From Eledone cirrhosa (taxonomy: Eukaryota), in assembly GCA_964016885.1 (NCBI GenBank), contig OZ024741.1:74276001-74340000 (forward strand): 64,000 bases of DNA, written 5' to 3'. The translations under genes and the position numbers were made by a program. Below, one piece after another: positions 38,771 to 51,378 of this stretch. Below the pieces are notes generated by a model that was not told the DNA's origin, did no database searches, and saw only the letters and a program-made list of their open reading frames with translations. How positions within the stretch are numbered: position 1 is the first letter of the stretch; each line of letters starts with the position of its first letter.

Positions 38771-40212
38771 TAATATTAAGGGATTATAATATTAAGGGAT
38801 TATAGCTATTACTATAACAAGAGATAAATATTGATTTGGCTCTTTGAAAACTATGAAAGATAGTGTAATGCTGAGAGGCATTATATAGATCTCATTATTT
38901 AGATCTCATTGAGATCTAAATAGCAATACGTTAATGTCATCAGTCATAACACAAAATTTCAGACAGTATTTTGAATCGAGTCACATTAAACTTGCTTTAT
39001 TCATGCAATTATAATCTAGCCAGTCTACTTCTCATACATGGAAAATAATTGTTTCTACTTTTGGCACAAGGCCAGCAAATATCCAGTACATTACTGGTAC
39101 TTTATTTTATCGACCCCGTATGGATGAAAGGCAAAGTTAACCTCGGCGGGATTTGAACTCAGATCATAAAGGGACGTAACTATGCTGGAAAGCATGTCCG
39201 AGCCTCTATCGATACTGCCAATTCACCGCCCTTGGAAAATAATGATACTAGCCTCTTCCTGACAAAGAAGATAAGATTTAGACAGCAACAACATATATTA
39301 TGAGTAGCCTTCTCCTCTCTGACTGTAGCTAGACAATGTTTCCATAGATGCAGTAAAACATCATCAAAACTATCAGTAAATACAGAGAAAGCAACAACTA
39401 TAATGAACTATACACACTGAAGCATATACAAGGAGTATTCTATGAGACTTGATGTATAACATCTTGTACTAAATATTCTAACCTTTGTGTTTATTCCAAA
39501 CTTGATCACACAAACTAACATTTTAAATATTTCCATTACCTTATATATATGTGTATGTATGAGAGGGGGTGTGTATTATCATGTATATATCTCTATATAT
39601 AGAATCTCTGCTTTCAACCTATTACAGGATCTTTAGAAACTAAGGATGCAGATATGAATATTTCAAAATATTACAGTGAAATATATAAAAAATTCAGAAA
39701 GACATATTTGATGAACTAGAGAACAAAAGAATGTTAAGTTGTACTTCAGCTGCAAGTATTGAGATAAATTAGATAGAATGAATTTTATGTCATTTGAAAA
39801 GAACTAGTGCATACATATTGAATATTCAAATAGATTAATAATTAAGTACTATAACATATAAAATAATGATTTCTAGTATAGGCACAAGGTCAGTAAAAAG
39901 TCGATTAAATCGACCCCAGTACGTTACTGGTGCTTTATCTTATTAACCCTGTAAGGATGAAAGGCAAAGTTAACCTCGGCAGGATTTAAACTCAGACTGT
40001 AAAGGACTGTAACTCCATGCTGCAAAGCATAGTGTCTGACTTTACCGATACTGCCAATCCACTGCCCTTAACATATAAAATAATAATAATGGTTTCTGAT
40101 TCAGGCACAAGGCAAACAATCGTGGGGAAGGAGAAAGTTGATTAAATTGCATTTGTCTGATGCTTTAACAACTCTGTACCCCCCCCCCCCACAAAAAAAA
40201 AAAACCGAAGAG

Positions 40213-41635
40213 TACGTCAGGAAAGAATGCTACCCGAGTGTATGTGCTGTCTTGAAAACAGCTTAATTTGAGGAATAAGATATCTGCTATAAATGTGCTT
40301 GCAATCCCAGTTGTCACCTACAGTTTCAATATCATAAATTGGAATGGTAATGAAATTAAGCGAATGGACACCAAAATCGGGAAACTTTTGACTTGTAATA
40401 AAATACATCACCCAAAAGCAGAGGTGGATCACCTCTATCTTCCTAGAAAAAATGGAGGTAGAGGAATCATCCAGCTCAAGTTATTATACAAGATATCAAC
40501 CATTGAACTCGATCAATACTGTAAAACCACAGATGACTGGATGATGAAAATGGTTGCAGATTGCAAAAGGAAAAAGAGGTTACATTTAGTAACAAAGAAA
40601 ATTAGGAAGTTTGTGGAAGAATTGGGAATACATTTTGAAAATGATGGCAATTCTTCAATTAAAGCCACAAAAACATCAAAGTGTTAGCAAAACAAGAAGG
40701 CCCACAGAGACTGTGCACTAAATGGGAGCAAAAACCTCTGCATGGGCAGTATGTTCTCCATAGCAAAGAACCTGATGTAGATCAAACTCTCACTCATCAG
40801 TGGTTTTGGAGTTCTGGGCTAAAAGCAGAGAGTGAGAGCTTCATTTTGGCTGAACAAGACCAGTGTCTTTCAATGCACAACTTTCAAGCCAATGTGATCA
40901 GAAATGGAAGTGACCCAAAATTTTGATTCTGTGTTGAGCATGTTGAGACCATTAATCACCTAGTTTCTAGCTGAAAAGTATTAGCTCCCCAGGAATATAA
41001 AACAAGGCATGATAGAGTGGGGCATAAATTCACTGGGTAATGTGCAGGTTCTATGGTCTGAAAATGGAGGGAAAATGATACAACCATCACCCAGATGCAG
41101 TAACAGCAGATGAGAAAGTGACAATTCTATGGGATTTCCCTGTGAACACTGACCAAACAATCAAGGCCAACGGATCTGATATAATTGTGAAGGACCATAA
41201 TGAGAAAACATGTTTCTTAATTGACATGAGCATTCCATTAGATCACAACATCTCCTCAAAAGAGTTTTGAAAGCTCAGTAAGTATAATGATCTATCAATT
41301 GAAATTGAGAAAATGTGGCATCTTAAGTGCTGTACATTATTAGTGATAGTTGGTGCACTTGGAATGATAAAAAAGGGAAAATATTTGGACCAGACACTTG
41401 TTAAGCCATCTCTACAAAAGATACAGAAAGTAGTGCTAACTGGTACTGTCTATGTCTTGAGAAAGGCATTATCAATTTAAAAGCCTTGCAAAGAAATTTA
41501 CTGTCGTTATACCCTTGTGGCACTATCTATGACAATTGATGGTAAAATGTGTGTATTATCAAATTCTGCCTCAGGTGTCAGGTTGACACTCAGCATGGTT
41601 TGGGAAAGAAGCAGAATTCATTCAAAGGAACTGTC

Positions 41636-41637
<2 letters not shown>
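40213..41637 (+). mobile_element. Old degraded R4/Dong-like retrotransposon 3' half
   Basis: KISAINVLAIPVVTYSF, LYLPRKNGGRG, KPLHGQY, AEQDQ, RHDRV, ILWDF, KYNDL, IVGALG, with stops; followed by (TAA)n. Confidence 0.85.

Positions 41638-41693
<56 letters not shown>
41638..41693. repeat. (TAA)n microsatellite
   Basis: About 18 perfect units. Confidence 0.97.
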
Positions 41694-41694
<1 letters not shown>

Positions 41695-41699
41695 CTTTC

Positions 41700-44600
41700 G
41701 AATACTACATTACAATGAAACTTATGCTTATTCATTTTTGGGGCCCTTTCTGCCCGTGTGTTTGTTTGTTTATGTGTGTCCGTATACAGCGTGGTGATAA
41801 TGCCACACAAGGGCCAAGTGGGATGGCGGATCCACAGATGGCTATGTAAACATACATTCGCCAATCCTCGATAAGAGTGTTTAAATATCGAACATAAACA
41901 GTTCGAATAACGGTGAAATGGAGACTAGAACGTCATGTGACAGACTCTCACCCAACAGGTGCCCCCTGGCTCAGCAGCAGGAACCTGACTGTCAACGAAA
42001 TACTGCTGATGTTGGAGGAAGAAGAAGAAGGAAAGGGGCCAGAACCAACTGGACGAAAGAATTGAATAGAACTGTTATGCAATGCTACCTGAAAAGTAAC
42101 CCCAAGGAGAGGGGCTACAGGAGACGGATGCATAACATCTGGAACGAGATTGGTTTATTTAAATTAGATGAACAAAAATTGGCCGGGCAGGCTCGGGTAA
42201 TAAGAACTAATGGGTGGATAAGCGAGCTGGAACTGGAGGAACTGAGCAGAGAGAATGGCTTGGAGATGGCGGGTGTAGTATGCCAGACAAGCGAGCCGGC
42301 GGGAAATGAAGGTGAGGAGGTCCTGAGAGCGGAGGAACCACCCGAAGCAGACAATGATCTGAATACTGAGATAAATAATACCTGGAACAGAGATACGGCC
42401 ACTGAGGAGATGAATGCTGACGGGCTAGGACAAGATTCGGTTGACATCCTAAATTTAGTGGTAGATGAGTTGAACAATGATAGTGGGAGACCTATGAACC
42501 TAAGATTTGTAGACAGGAAAAAGTTAAAAGAAACAACAGCTAAGGTAAACAAAGTCATCCCATACCTTGAGGCGAGGAGTCTTCACCAGTGCAACAATAT
42601 CCTCAAAGCAACAGCAAATACGGTGAGGAAACTACTTGGTATAAAAGCGAGAGGAAACAACAGACAAGAAAGAGCAGAGCCGTGGTGGAAGAAGCGACTG
42701 AGTGGGCAAATCGGGGAAATGAGAAATGACATAGGAAAGCTTGAGTCACTACTGAATGGGACACTAAAAAACATAGGCACTAAAAATAGACTGGAAATAA
42801 AATACAAAACTAGGAGTAAAAAGCTAAATATTATCATAGAGGAATTGAAGCAACGCATTGTAGCAAAGAGTGCCAAAATCAGGCGATACGAGAACAGAGT
42901 CAGTCAGTATAAACAGAACCGCATGTTCGACAACAACCAGAAGATGCTGTTTGGACAGCTTGAGGGGAAAGAAAGAGGCACCGACTTGATCCCTGGGGCG
43001 GAACAAGCTAAAACATTCTGGAGAGGAATATGGGAGCAGGATGTTAGACACAATGCCCAGGCAGGGTGGATTGAGACAGTACAGAGGGAGATCGGTGAGC
43101 AGGCACAGCAACAGACTGATTTGAGTATCACAGTTGAAACTCTTAAGGGGCAAGCCAAAAAACTAACCAACTGGAAATCACCAGGCCCAGATGGTGTGCA
43201 GGGGTATTGGATTAAACATTTAACATCCCTCCACCCGAAGCTGACGGCCATGTTCAATGACTGCTTGGTGTCGGGTGAGGTGCCAGAGTGGTTGACAAAA
43301 GGTACCACAGTTCTGATAATGAAAGACCGAATCAAGGGTAATGATGTTACCAACTATAGACCTATCACATGTCTGCCCGTAATGTGGAAACTGTTGACGA
43401 GCATTGTGTCTGAGGAAATCTACCATCACCTCCACACAAACAACTTGTTGCCGGACGAACAGAAAGGATGCCGAAAGAAGTCACGTGGTACAAAGGACCA
43501 GTTGCTTATTGATAAGATGGTAATGGGGAATTGCAGGAGGAGACACACTGATCTTGCCATGGGATGGATAGACTACAGAAAGGCATTTGACATGGTGCCT
43601 CATTCCTGGATCACCAAAAGCCTGGAGATCTTCAGGGTGGCAGATAACATCAGACAGTTGCTGGGCAGGAGTATGGGGTCCTGGGAGACAGAGTTGACAT
43701 CAACTGGAGTATCCTTGGGAAGCGTGAAGATCAAGAGAGGTATCTTCCAGGGAGATAGCCTGTCCCCTCTGTTGTTTGTCCTTGCCCTGATGCCCTTGAC
43801 CATTATGCTGCGAAAAGTGAGAGCAGGATACAAGTTGGGAAGGGGAGAGCTTACCATCAATCACCTCCTCTTCATGGACGATCTTAAGCTCTTCGGGAAA
43901 AGTGAGAAGGAGTTGGATGTGCTTGTTGACACTGTCCGTATTTTCAGCAGTGATATATGTATGCAGTTTGGTATTGGTAAATGTGGAGTCATTGTGATGA
44001 GGAGGGGTAGGTTGAGCAGAAGTAACGGGATCCAGATACCAACAGGTGAGATGATAAAGGAAATTGACTCTGAAGAAGGATACAAGTATTTGGGCGTTCT
44101 GGAGGCTGATGGCATAAAGAACAAAAAAATGAAGGAATTGTTAAGAACTGAATACATTCGGAGAGTAAGGAGCGTATTGAAGTCACATCTGAACAGCAGA
44201 AATGCCATAAGCGCAGTAAATTCCCGAGCTGTGTCTATTATTAGGTACAGTGCGGGAATTCTGAGATGGAATGTTGCTGAACAAAAAGAAATGGATAGGA
44301 AGACTAGGAAGCTATTGACTATCTACAACATGTTCCACAAGAGGAGTGATGTCGATAGACTCTACCTAAGGAGATCTGAGGGTGGAAGAGGTCTTATCAG
44401 CATAGAGGACTGTGTTCAGATGGAGAAAAACAACCTATACAAATACGTGACCTATAGTAAGGAGCCAATGCTCAGAGCTGTACTGAAGGAGGGGACAGTA
44501 GGCCAGGGGATACCCAAGGAGGAAATAACATCAAGGAGGAAGAGCAGCCTTAAGGGAAAATCCCTTCATAGTACCTTCTTTGAGAAAACTGAATTTAGAG

Positions 44601-45384
44601 ATCCACAGACATGGAACTGGTTGAGAAGAGGAGACCTCAAAAAGGCTACAGAAGGAATGCTAATGGCTGCGCAGGAGCAGGCCCTCAAAACGAAGTGGTT
44701 GAAGCACCATATCTACAAGGAGGAGGCTAGCCCACTGTGCAGGATCTGTGGAGAGAGAGAGGAGACTGTGGCTCACATTGTGTCCGAGTGTAAACACCTA
44801 GCCCAGACCCACTATAAGGGCTGGAGACACGATGTGATGGGCAGGGTGATCCACTGGCACCTGTGCAAAGTAAACAATCTACCACATTCTGAGAAATGGT
44901 ATGAGCATAGGCCAGAGGCGGTGATGGAGAACAGTCAGGTGAAGGTGCTGTGGGATTTTAGGATACAGACGGACAAAAAACTGGAACACAATAGACCTGA
45001 CCTGGTGGTTGTGGACAAAGAAAAAAGATCGTGCCTGATTGTGGATGTGGCCTGCCCGTTCGACACGAGAGTGCAAGAGAAGGAGAGGGAGAAAATTAAC
45101 CGATACCAGGACCTAAAGTGGGAGGTGAAAAGGATTTGGAACTGCCATGAAGTCAAAGTGATCCCGATTGTCATAGGCGCACTGGGGACTATCTCCAAAG
45201 GTTTCCAGGGATGGTTAAAGAAAATCGGCCCCTTCACGCTTTTTGGAACGCTTCAAAAGGCATGCTTGCTTGGAACGGCAAGAACCCTCCGATACGTCCT
45301 GAATATCTGAGGCTGCAGGTAGTGGCTTGATATTCAATCCAACGGACTTTCCAGTTAACCAACATCAATGACTGAGATTCAAGG
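41700..45384 (+). mobile_element. Full-length R4/Dong-clade non-LTR retrotransposon
   Basis: Single intact ORF with RT and restriction-like endonuclease; (AAT)nGCTTTC duplicated on both sides (ending 41699 and 45385-45408). Confidence 0.92.
41918..45310 (+). CDS. R4/Dong-type ORF: reverse transcriptase, CCHC knuckle and PD-(D/E)xK endonuclease (1130 aa)
   Basis: KSPGPDG, NYRPIT, QKGC, DYRKAFD, GIFQGDSLSP, FMDD, YKYLG; CRIC-x8-H-x4-C, RHD, RPDLVV, D, KINRYQDL. Confidence 0.95.
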   Translation: METRTSCDRLSPNRCPLAQQQEPDCQRNTADVGGRRRRKGARTNWTKELNRTVMQCYLKSNPKERGYRRRMHNIWNEIGLFKLDEQKLAGQARVIRTNGWISELELEELSRENGLEMAGVVCQTSEPAGNEGEEVLRAEEPPEADNDLNTEINNTWNRDTATEEMNADGLGQDSVDILNLVVDELNNDSGRPMNLRFVDRKKLKETTAKVNKVIPYLEARSLHQCNNILKATANTVRKLLGIKARGNNRQERAEPWWKKRLSGQIGEMRNDIGKLESLLNGTLKNIGTKNRLEIKYKTRSKKLNIIIEELKQRIVAKSAKIRRYENRVSQYKQNRMFDNNQKMLFGQLEGKERGTDLIPGAEQAKTFWRGIWEQDVRHNAQAGWIETVQREIGEQAQQQTDLSITVETLKGQAKKLTNWKSPGPDGVQGYWIKHLTSLHPKLTAMFNDCLVSGEVPEWLTKGTTVLIMKDRIKGNDVTNYRPITCLPVMWKLLTSIVSEEIYHHLHTNNLLPDEQKGCRKKSRGTKDQLLIDKMVMGNCRRRHTDLAMGWIDYRKAFDMVPHSWITKSLEIFRVADNIRQLLGRSMGSWETELTSTGVSLGSVKIKRGIFQGDSLSPLLFVLALMPLTIMLRKVRAGYKLGRGELTINHLLFMDDLKLFGKSEKELDVLVDTVRIFSSDICMQFGIGKCGVIVMRRGRLSRSNGIQIPTGEMIKEIDSEEGYKYLGVLEADGIKNKKMKELLRTEYIRRVRSVLKSHLNSRNAISAVNSRAVSIIRYSAGILRWNVAEQKEMDRKTRKLLTIYNMFHKRSDVDRLYLRRSEGGRGLISIEDCVQMEKNNLYKYVTYSKEPMLRAVLKEGTVGQGIPKEEITSRRKSSLKGKSLHSTFFEKTEFRDPQTWNWLRRGDLKKATEGMLMAAQEQALKTKWLKHHIYKEEASPLCRICGEREETVAHIVSECKHLAQTHYKGWRHDVMGRVIHWHLCKVNNLPHSEKWYEHRPEAVMENSQVKVLWDFRIQTDKKLEHNRPDLVVVDKEKRSCLIVDVACPFDTRVQEKEREKINRYQDLKWEVKRIWNCHEVKVIPIVIGALGTISKGFQGWLKKIGPFTLFGTLQKACLLGTARTLRYVLNI

Positions 45385-45402
45385 AATAATAATAATAATA
45401 AT

Positions 45403-47429
45403 GCTTTCTTTATTAACCACAAGGGTTTACACAAAGTAGACATTAAGGACAGTACAGGACAATACAGGATGGTACAAAAGGGCATTTCTGCGTGTAAAAA
45501 ACAAAAACAAAAAAACAGAGGATTTAATAATAGAACAATGAAAAAATTCCCCAATAGGGGGGAGACTTCCGAGGGCCATCGTGGAGAAAGCCCATTAAAA
45601 AGCCACGGTGACCCTGACCACCAGGGCAATTGTCCTCTCCCAGTTTTCCACCTTCAATTCACAGGCATATACTTAGAGTATGTCCACTCACTCGAGCCAT
45701 TCTTGCCTCTCTCACACATCTTTCAACAAAAAGCTGGGAAGAGAGATAACCCCCTCTCTACTCTGATTTTCCTTTACAAATGAAATTGGAAAAAGTTAAT
45801 CAGGGCATCACCGAAGAGGTAAGTGCTCGTCTTCAGCCCTTTCAGACGTGTCCACCATACTATCTCTTTCGCCATGCCCACCAGACAGATAAAAACTGCC
45901 TGCCCTTCCCGGCTAAAGGAAGAGGGCAGGGCAATCCTCACGATGGACTCAGCTGATAGTCGGATCCGTTCTACACGCGACAGCAGGTGTTCGACATAAA
46001 CCCACAAGTCAGCAATGCTCGGACACTGGACGAGTGCATGCAGGATGGTTTCGTCGCCCTGCGCGCATCTCGGACATGCCCGGCTGACGGCACCTCCATG
46101 CCTGTAGAGTTTACCCCCAACTGGCAAAGCTCCTCGGTAGCACTGCAAAGCCAGGGATTTCTGGAAGTTGTCTATAGGCCCCAGCCCGAAAGTTCTTCCA
46201 AAGAGATTGGCTAGTTGATTTTCGTCGATGCCTAGAGTTTCCCCAAGTACATCGTCATTCTTCCCCTCCACTAATCCTCTATAGAAAGCCAAGGTGGAGT
46301 TTCCACCAATCACATTATCCGATTGGCCGAGGGCTGTGAGCACCTGAAGACATTCCAGTCGCCAAGCGCACCCTCTCGGTCTTCACTTGACCCAGGACAG
46401 CAGCTCTGTCAAGGAGATGAGCTGGGGAAAGACACGTCTAGCAAACGGCGACCACACCTGATCACCTTCGAGGAAGAGGTGGAGATGTCGTAGCCTGAGC
46501 GCGTGTCTGCGCATCATTAGCCACGGCATGCCCAGCCCTCCACGTAGCGGGTGTTGACAGCAGATGGACCGCTTGACCATCAGAGTGCGTCCCTTCCACA
46601 AAAAGCGAAAGAGCAAACGCTCCAGTGTAGTGCCGATCGCCTCGATGTGTTTGGCGTTCGACACCACTACGGTGACATCGTCCGCATATGCTGACACGGA
46701 TCTTCCGCATCCTAGTTTGCGCGGGATCACCCCCCCCCCCCCTCAACGTCTCCAGTTTGTGCAGTAATGGCTCGAGAGTCAATACGTACAAGAGGGACGA
46801 GCGCATGATGTTGAACGGTTCCGAAAGGTGACCGTTCACTCTCACCACAGAGCAGATGTCGCTGTGCATGGCAGCGATCCAGCCTCTGAAGACAGGCTAA
46901 AGCCAGCCGCCCTCAGGACTGCCGCCAGATAACGATGGTCGACCCTATCGAAAGCTTTCGACTGATCTAAATTGATCAAGGACCCACCCGTGCCAGGTTC
47001 CCTAGCTACCCGCTCCACGATGTATCGCATGAGGTGGAGGTTGTTGTGGATGGATCTGTCGGAAATGGTGCATGTCTGCGTCTCTCCTACGAGACCATCA
47101 ACGACAAGCGCCAACCTCTTTGTTAGCACCTTGGCCAAAATCTTGAACTCTGTGTTTAGAAGAGTTATGGGCCTGAAATTATCTATGTTATCCCCCTTGT
47201 TCGGATCCTTTTTCAGCAGTGCCACCGCTCCTCGGCTCACAGAGCTGGCAATTCTCCCGTTCTGTTGCCAGTTGCAGTAGACGTCCGCCAAGAGGCCTCC
47301 GAACAAGTCTGGCATCTGTACGTAAAGTTCATAGGGCAGACCATCCAAACCAGGCGATTTACCCCTTGTGCAGCTAGTCATTGCCTCCCATACTTCAGCT
47401 GCTGTTATCGGCTTTTCGCAACACTCCAT
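45403..47429 (-). mobile_element. Tx1/L1-clade LINE, 5'-truncated with internal deletions
   Basis: GKSPGLDGLPYELY, NFRPITLLN, DQSKAFDRV, YADDV, FLWKG...RGGLG, CPRC-x8-H-x4-C; frameshifts; AATAAA and (ATT)n at the 3' end. Confidence 0.9.
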
Positions 47430-48265
47430 TTATTACAAATCTCTATAAAAGTAAAGAGTGAAGATAAAAGATATATGAGAAAACTCTGCTTGTAGTACTA
47501 ATTCCATAATTAACATATACTTCAATTATTGAACATGTAATCCAGTTGTCTCTCTCTCTCTCTATATATATATATAAACTTATTCCTGAGATGGTTGTTG
47601 GGGCAGAGTCCTCAAACACACATTCCAGCAGGTCCTGTCAGAAGCAACCGTCTCCAACTGATCCAGCTGGATCCCCAAGTGTGACCAGCCAAGCTCATGG
47701 ATGTGATCCAACAAACTTGTTCGGAGCCTACCCCTGGGTGTCTTGCTGGTTGGTTTTGCCCGTAAAATCTGTCCAGAGATTCTTTCCTGAGATATTCTAA
47801 TCATATGCCCATAGTACCGGAGCCATGATCTTTCAATTCGGAGAAGTAACGGCTCTACCTGGATTCATTCATTCATTCATTCATTTCATTTTACATCTGC
47901 TTTTCCCTGCTTGGAACTGATTCTGACTTGATTTCTACAGCTGGATGCCCTTCCTAACATCAACCTCATTTACAGTGAGTGGTGGGTGCTTTTTTTTTTG
48001 TGGCGCCTACACGTCCACTTTACAGTGTGGGCTGGGTGCTTTTTTGCTGTGGCACCTCCATGACCACTTTGCAGTGGAATGATAGGGACCCCAGTCCCTA
48101 TCATCTCATTTCTACAGCTGAGTAAACTGGAGCAATGTGAAATAAAGTGTCTTGCTCAAGGAAACAACACATCACCCGGTCTGAGAATTGAACTCACAAC
48201 CTTTTGATTGCAAGGCCAATGCTCTAACCACTAAGCCATGTGCCTCCATATATATATATATATAT

Positions 48266-50627
48266 CATTCTCACTGCTAGGAAAACCATCTTGGAATTTA
48301 ACAATGAATATTGGACAAGAGCGGATACTTTCAACAATTTCGACATCACCATGGGTTTGTTGGATTCAGCTCAACTGACGGACTTAATTAGAATTTTCAT
48401 CTTGAATTCTTTAAACCAGAAAATTCCCCAACTTCGCGGTGGGATTTATTGTGATGATGCCCTTTTTACTGTCTCTAATTGTAACAATGTAAACTTTAAT
48501 ATAATGAAGAAAAATATACTTGATCTATTTAAGCATCTTAACTTAAAAATTGAATCTGAGAATAATGTTAAACTAGCAATTTTCCTTGATATATCCCTTA
48601 ATCTAGATACCGGCCTATATTACCCATATCATAAGGATAACGAGAACTTAAATCCAACCACCCAAATAATGTTAAAACTGCTATAGTCAAAAGTGTAGAA
48701 AAAAGAATTTCTAATTTATCCTCTAATAAAGATATCGTCGAAGCTAATGCTAACTACTATAATAATGCCCTATCTAGGGCTGGATATCTAGACAAAATTA
48801 GGTATAATAAAGATCTTAACCTCGGCAGAGCTTATAATAACTCTAGTAATGTAGGTAGTAATAATCATACTGCTACCAAAAGTAGGAGACCTAGATATAA
48901 AAATATCCTTTGGTACAACGCTCCCTTCTCTCTTTCCGTTATTAATAATATCCCTAAATTATTTTTTAGGGCTTTACATAACAGCTTCCCTCCTTCACAT
49001 ATATATAGCAAGATTTTCAATAGGCATACTATTAAATTCTCGTATTCTACTACTTCAAACATTTCTAAAATTATCTCAAGACATAATTCTAAAATATTAA
49101 ATAATAACTCTTATGCATCCAGCCATGAGAGTCAAAATAATAACACTATAAGACCCGACGTCAATGTAAACTCTAGGCAATATAACACAAGTATAAATAT
49201 GACGTCAAATGTAACTTTGAGGAATACATCAAATACTAATGTAATTCTGGAAACTTTAGCACCTCCTTTAGTTAATTCCACCACTCCAGTTCCTAATATA
49301 ATTAAATCTGTGCCACTTGCAAATAACTTTGTAAATAATCCTAATCGTAAATGCAACTGCCCTATTAGAACTAATTGTCCTCTTAGTAATTTCTGTCTCG
49401 ATAAAAACCTAGTATACGAATGTAAAGTGGTAACTAGTTCCAACACCTATACCTACATTGGCTCTACTTCTACCTCCTTTAAAGCAAGATTCTATAATCA
49501 TTCTTCTACATTTAAATCTCCACTTAAAAGGACCAGCACCGCACTCTCAGAACTTATTTGGTCCTTAAAAGACAAAAACATAAACTACAAAATTTCTTGG
49601 CGTAAAATCTACAATGCATCTCCATACTCCAATGCTTCCATATCTAGAGTTTGTAATTTATGTCTAGTTGAAAAATTTACTATTATCTCGAATTGCAACA
49701 CAATAATAAATCGAAGAACCGATTTATTTGGACTTTGTAATCATAAATCCTACAAGACCTTTCACAAAGTATATAGCTGATGTCCTATAACATATTCCAC
49801 GAGTCATGGTCATCTTTCATTATATTCTACAATGTATTAATTTGGTTTTCTCATCATATTTTAAGCCTTTGACATTTTTTCTATACCCTTAGATTTTAGC
49901 TCAAACCTTCGTAGATTTTGTAAACAAATTATGACGTCATATGTTTTTCTACGTTTATAAATCTTTCTAGCAATTTCCTTTATTTACTTGTTGATATAAA
50001 ATAAAAATTAAATAGTATACCCCACATATATAGATTTTTACTAGTAATTAATTTTGACATAGATAGACTATTTTTATTTTTATTTTATTTTATAAAAATC
50101 TTTTTTTATATTTATTTTATTTTATTTTATTAATACATTTTTACACTTCTTAATCCAATTTTTAGTATTTAAACCCAATATAAAATAATATACCCAGTTT
50201 CTATATTTAGACCTCTAATATTTGAATACCATCTATAATATTCGCACATACACCTCATCAATTTACTTTTTAACCGTTATTTACAGCTGTTTTTATGTTA
50301 TTTTCAGCTGTTTTTATTTTGACAGTGTTCCTGATCAAAAGTCTCTCTGTCTTCCTTTTTTTCCTTTCTTTTCTTCTCTTTCATTTTCCTTTTTCTCCTC
50401 TTCTTTCCTTTCTTCTATTTTCCTATCTATTTCTTACTATAGTTTTAACACTTATATTTCTGTCATATGTAGACTTAGCACTTTCCTGTAAACAAGTGCT
50501 ATTATGCCTCTTATCATGTTACCTTATTTTATCTGATGAGAACACAATTTTTGTCCCGGGATGATTTTGAATTCGAAATACACAATGAAATATATGGAAC
50601 TTTTTAACCATCTTTTAATTTCTTTTT

Positions 50628-50630
<3 letters not shown>
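48266..50630 (+). mobile_element. Penelope-like element (RT plus C-terminal GIY-YIG), 5'-truncated
   Basis: DITMG...SAQLTDL, YCDD (degenerate YxDD), FLDISL, SNHP; CNCPIRTNC linker; LVY...YTYIG...RFYNH; CNLC..EK...N...CNH. Flanked by (TA)n; degenerate hammerhead at the 3' end. Confidence 0.9.
48653..49780 (+). pseudogene. PLE ORF C-terminal half (RT thumb, linker, GIY-YIG endonuclease)
   Basis: Frame open from SNHPNNVK... through the tracked ORF 49199-49780; frameshifted relative to the upstream RT part 48266-48660. Confidence 0.8.
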
Positions 50631-50667
<37 letters not shown>

Positions 50668-51378
50668 TCATCATCATCATCATCATCATTTTACGTCCAC
50701 TTTTCCCTGCTTGCAAGGGTGGGACGGGAACACCCTGGCATGTATGTGCATATACATACATTTATATGTATGAGTATATAACTAATCGCGCAAACACCAG
50801 ACACACTTACAAAAAAATACACTCACAGACATACTTTCACACAAACACACACATACATTTATACAAACACACACACACATACATACATTTATACAAACAC
50901 ACACATACACATACATACATTTATACAAACACACACATACACATACAGTCATGATAGCAGCATTCAATAAATTTGGAAACAGGAAGGTAAAATGAAGTAT
51001 AACCTTTTATTTTTTTTTTTAAATCATAAACTGTTGTCATATTTACAAAAATGATATGCGATGAGGCCCACCCACAGCCCCGGTGGACAGAATTGATTTC
51101 TACAGCTGGATGCCCTTCCTAACACCAACCTCATTTACAGTGAGTGCTGGGTGCTTTTTGCAGTGGCACCTACACGACCACTTTTGCAGTGGAATGATAT
51201 GGACCCCAGTCCATATCATCTCATTTCTACAGCTGAGTAAACTGGAGCAATGTGAAAAAAAGTGTCTTGCTCACCCGGTCTGAGAATTGAACTCACAACC
51301 TTTCGATTGCAAGGCCAATGCTCTAACCACTAAGCCATGTGCCTCCATGTATATATATATATATATTTATATATATAT

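Noticed and set aside
41948-45237. Multiple minus-strand ORFs opposite the R4 ORF (similar ones opposite RTE and Gypsy)
   Set aside because: Antisense shadows of real coding frames with no recognisable motifs.
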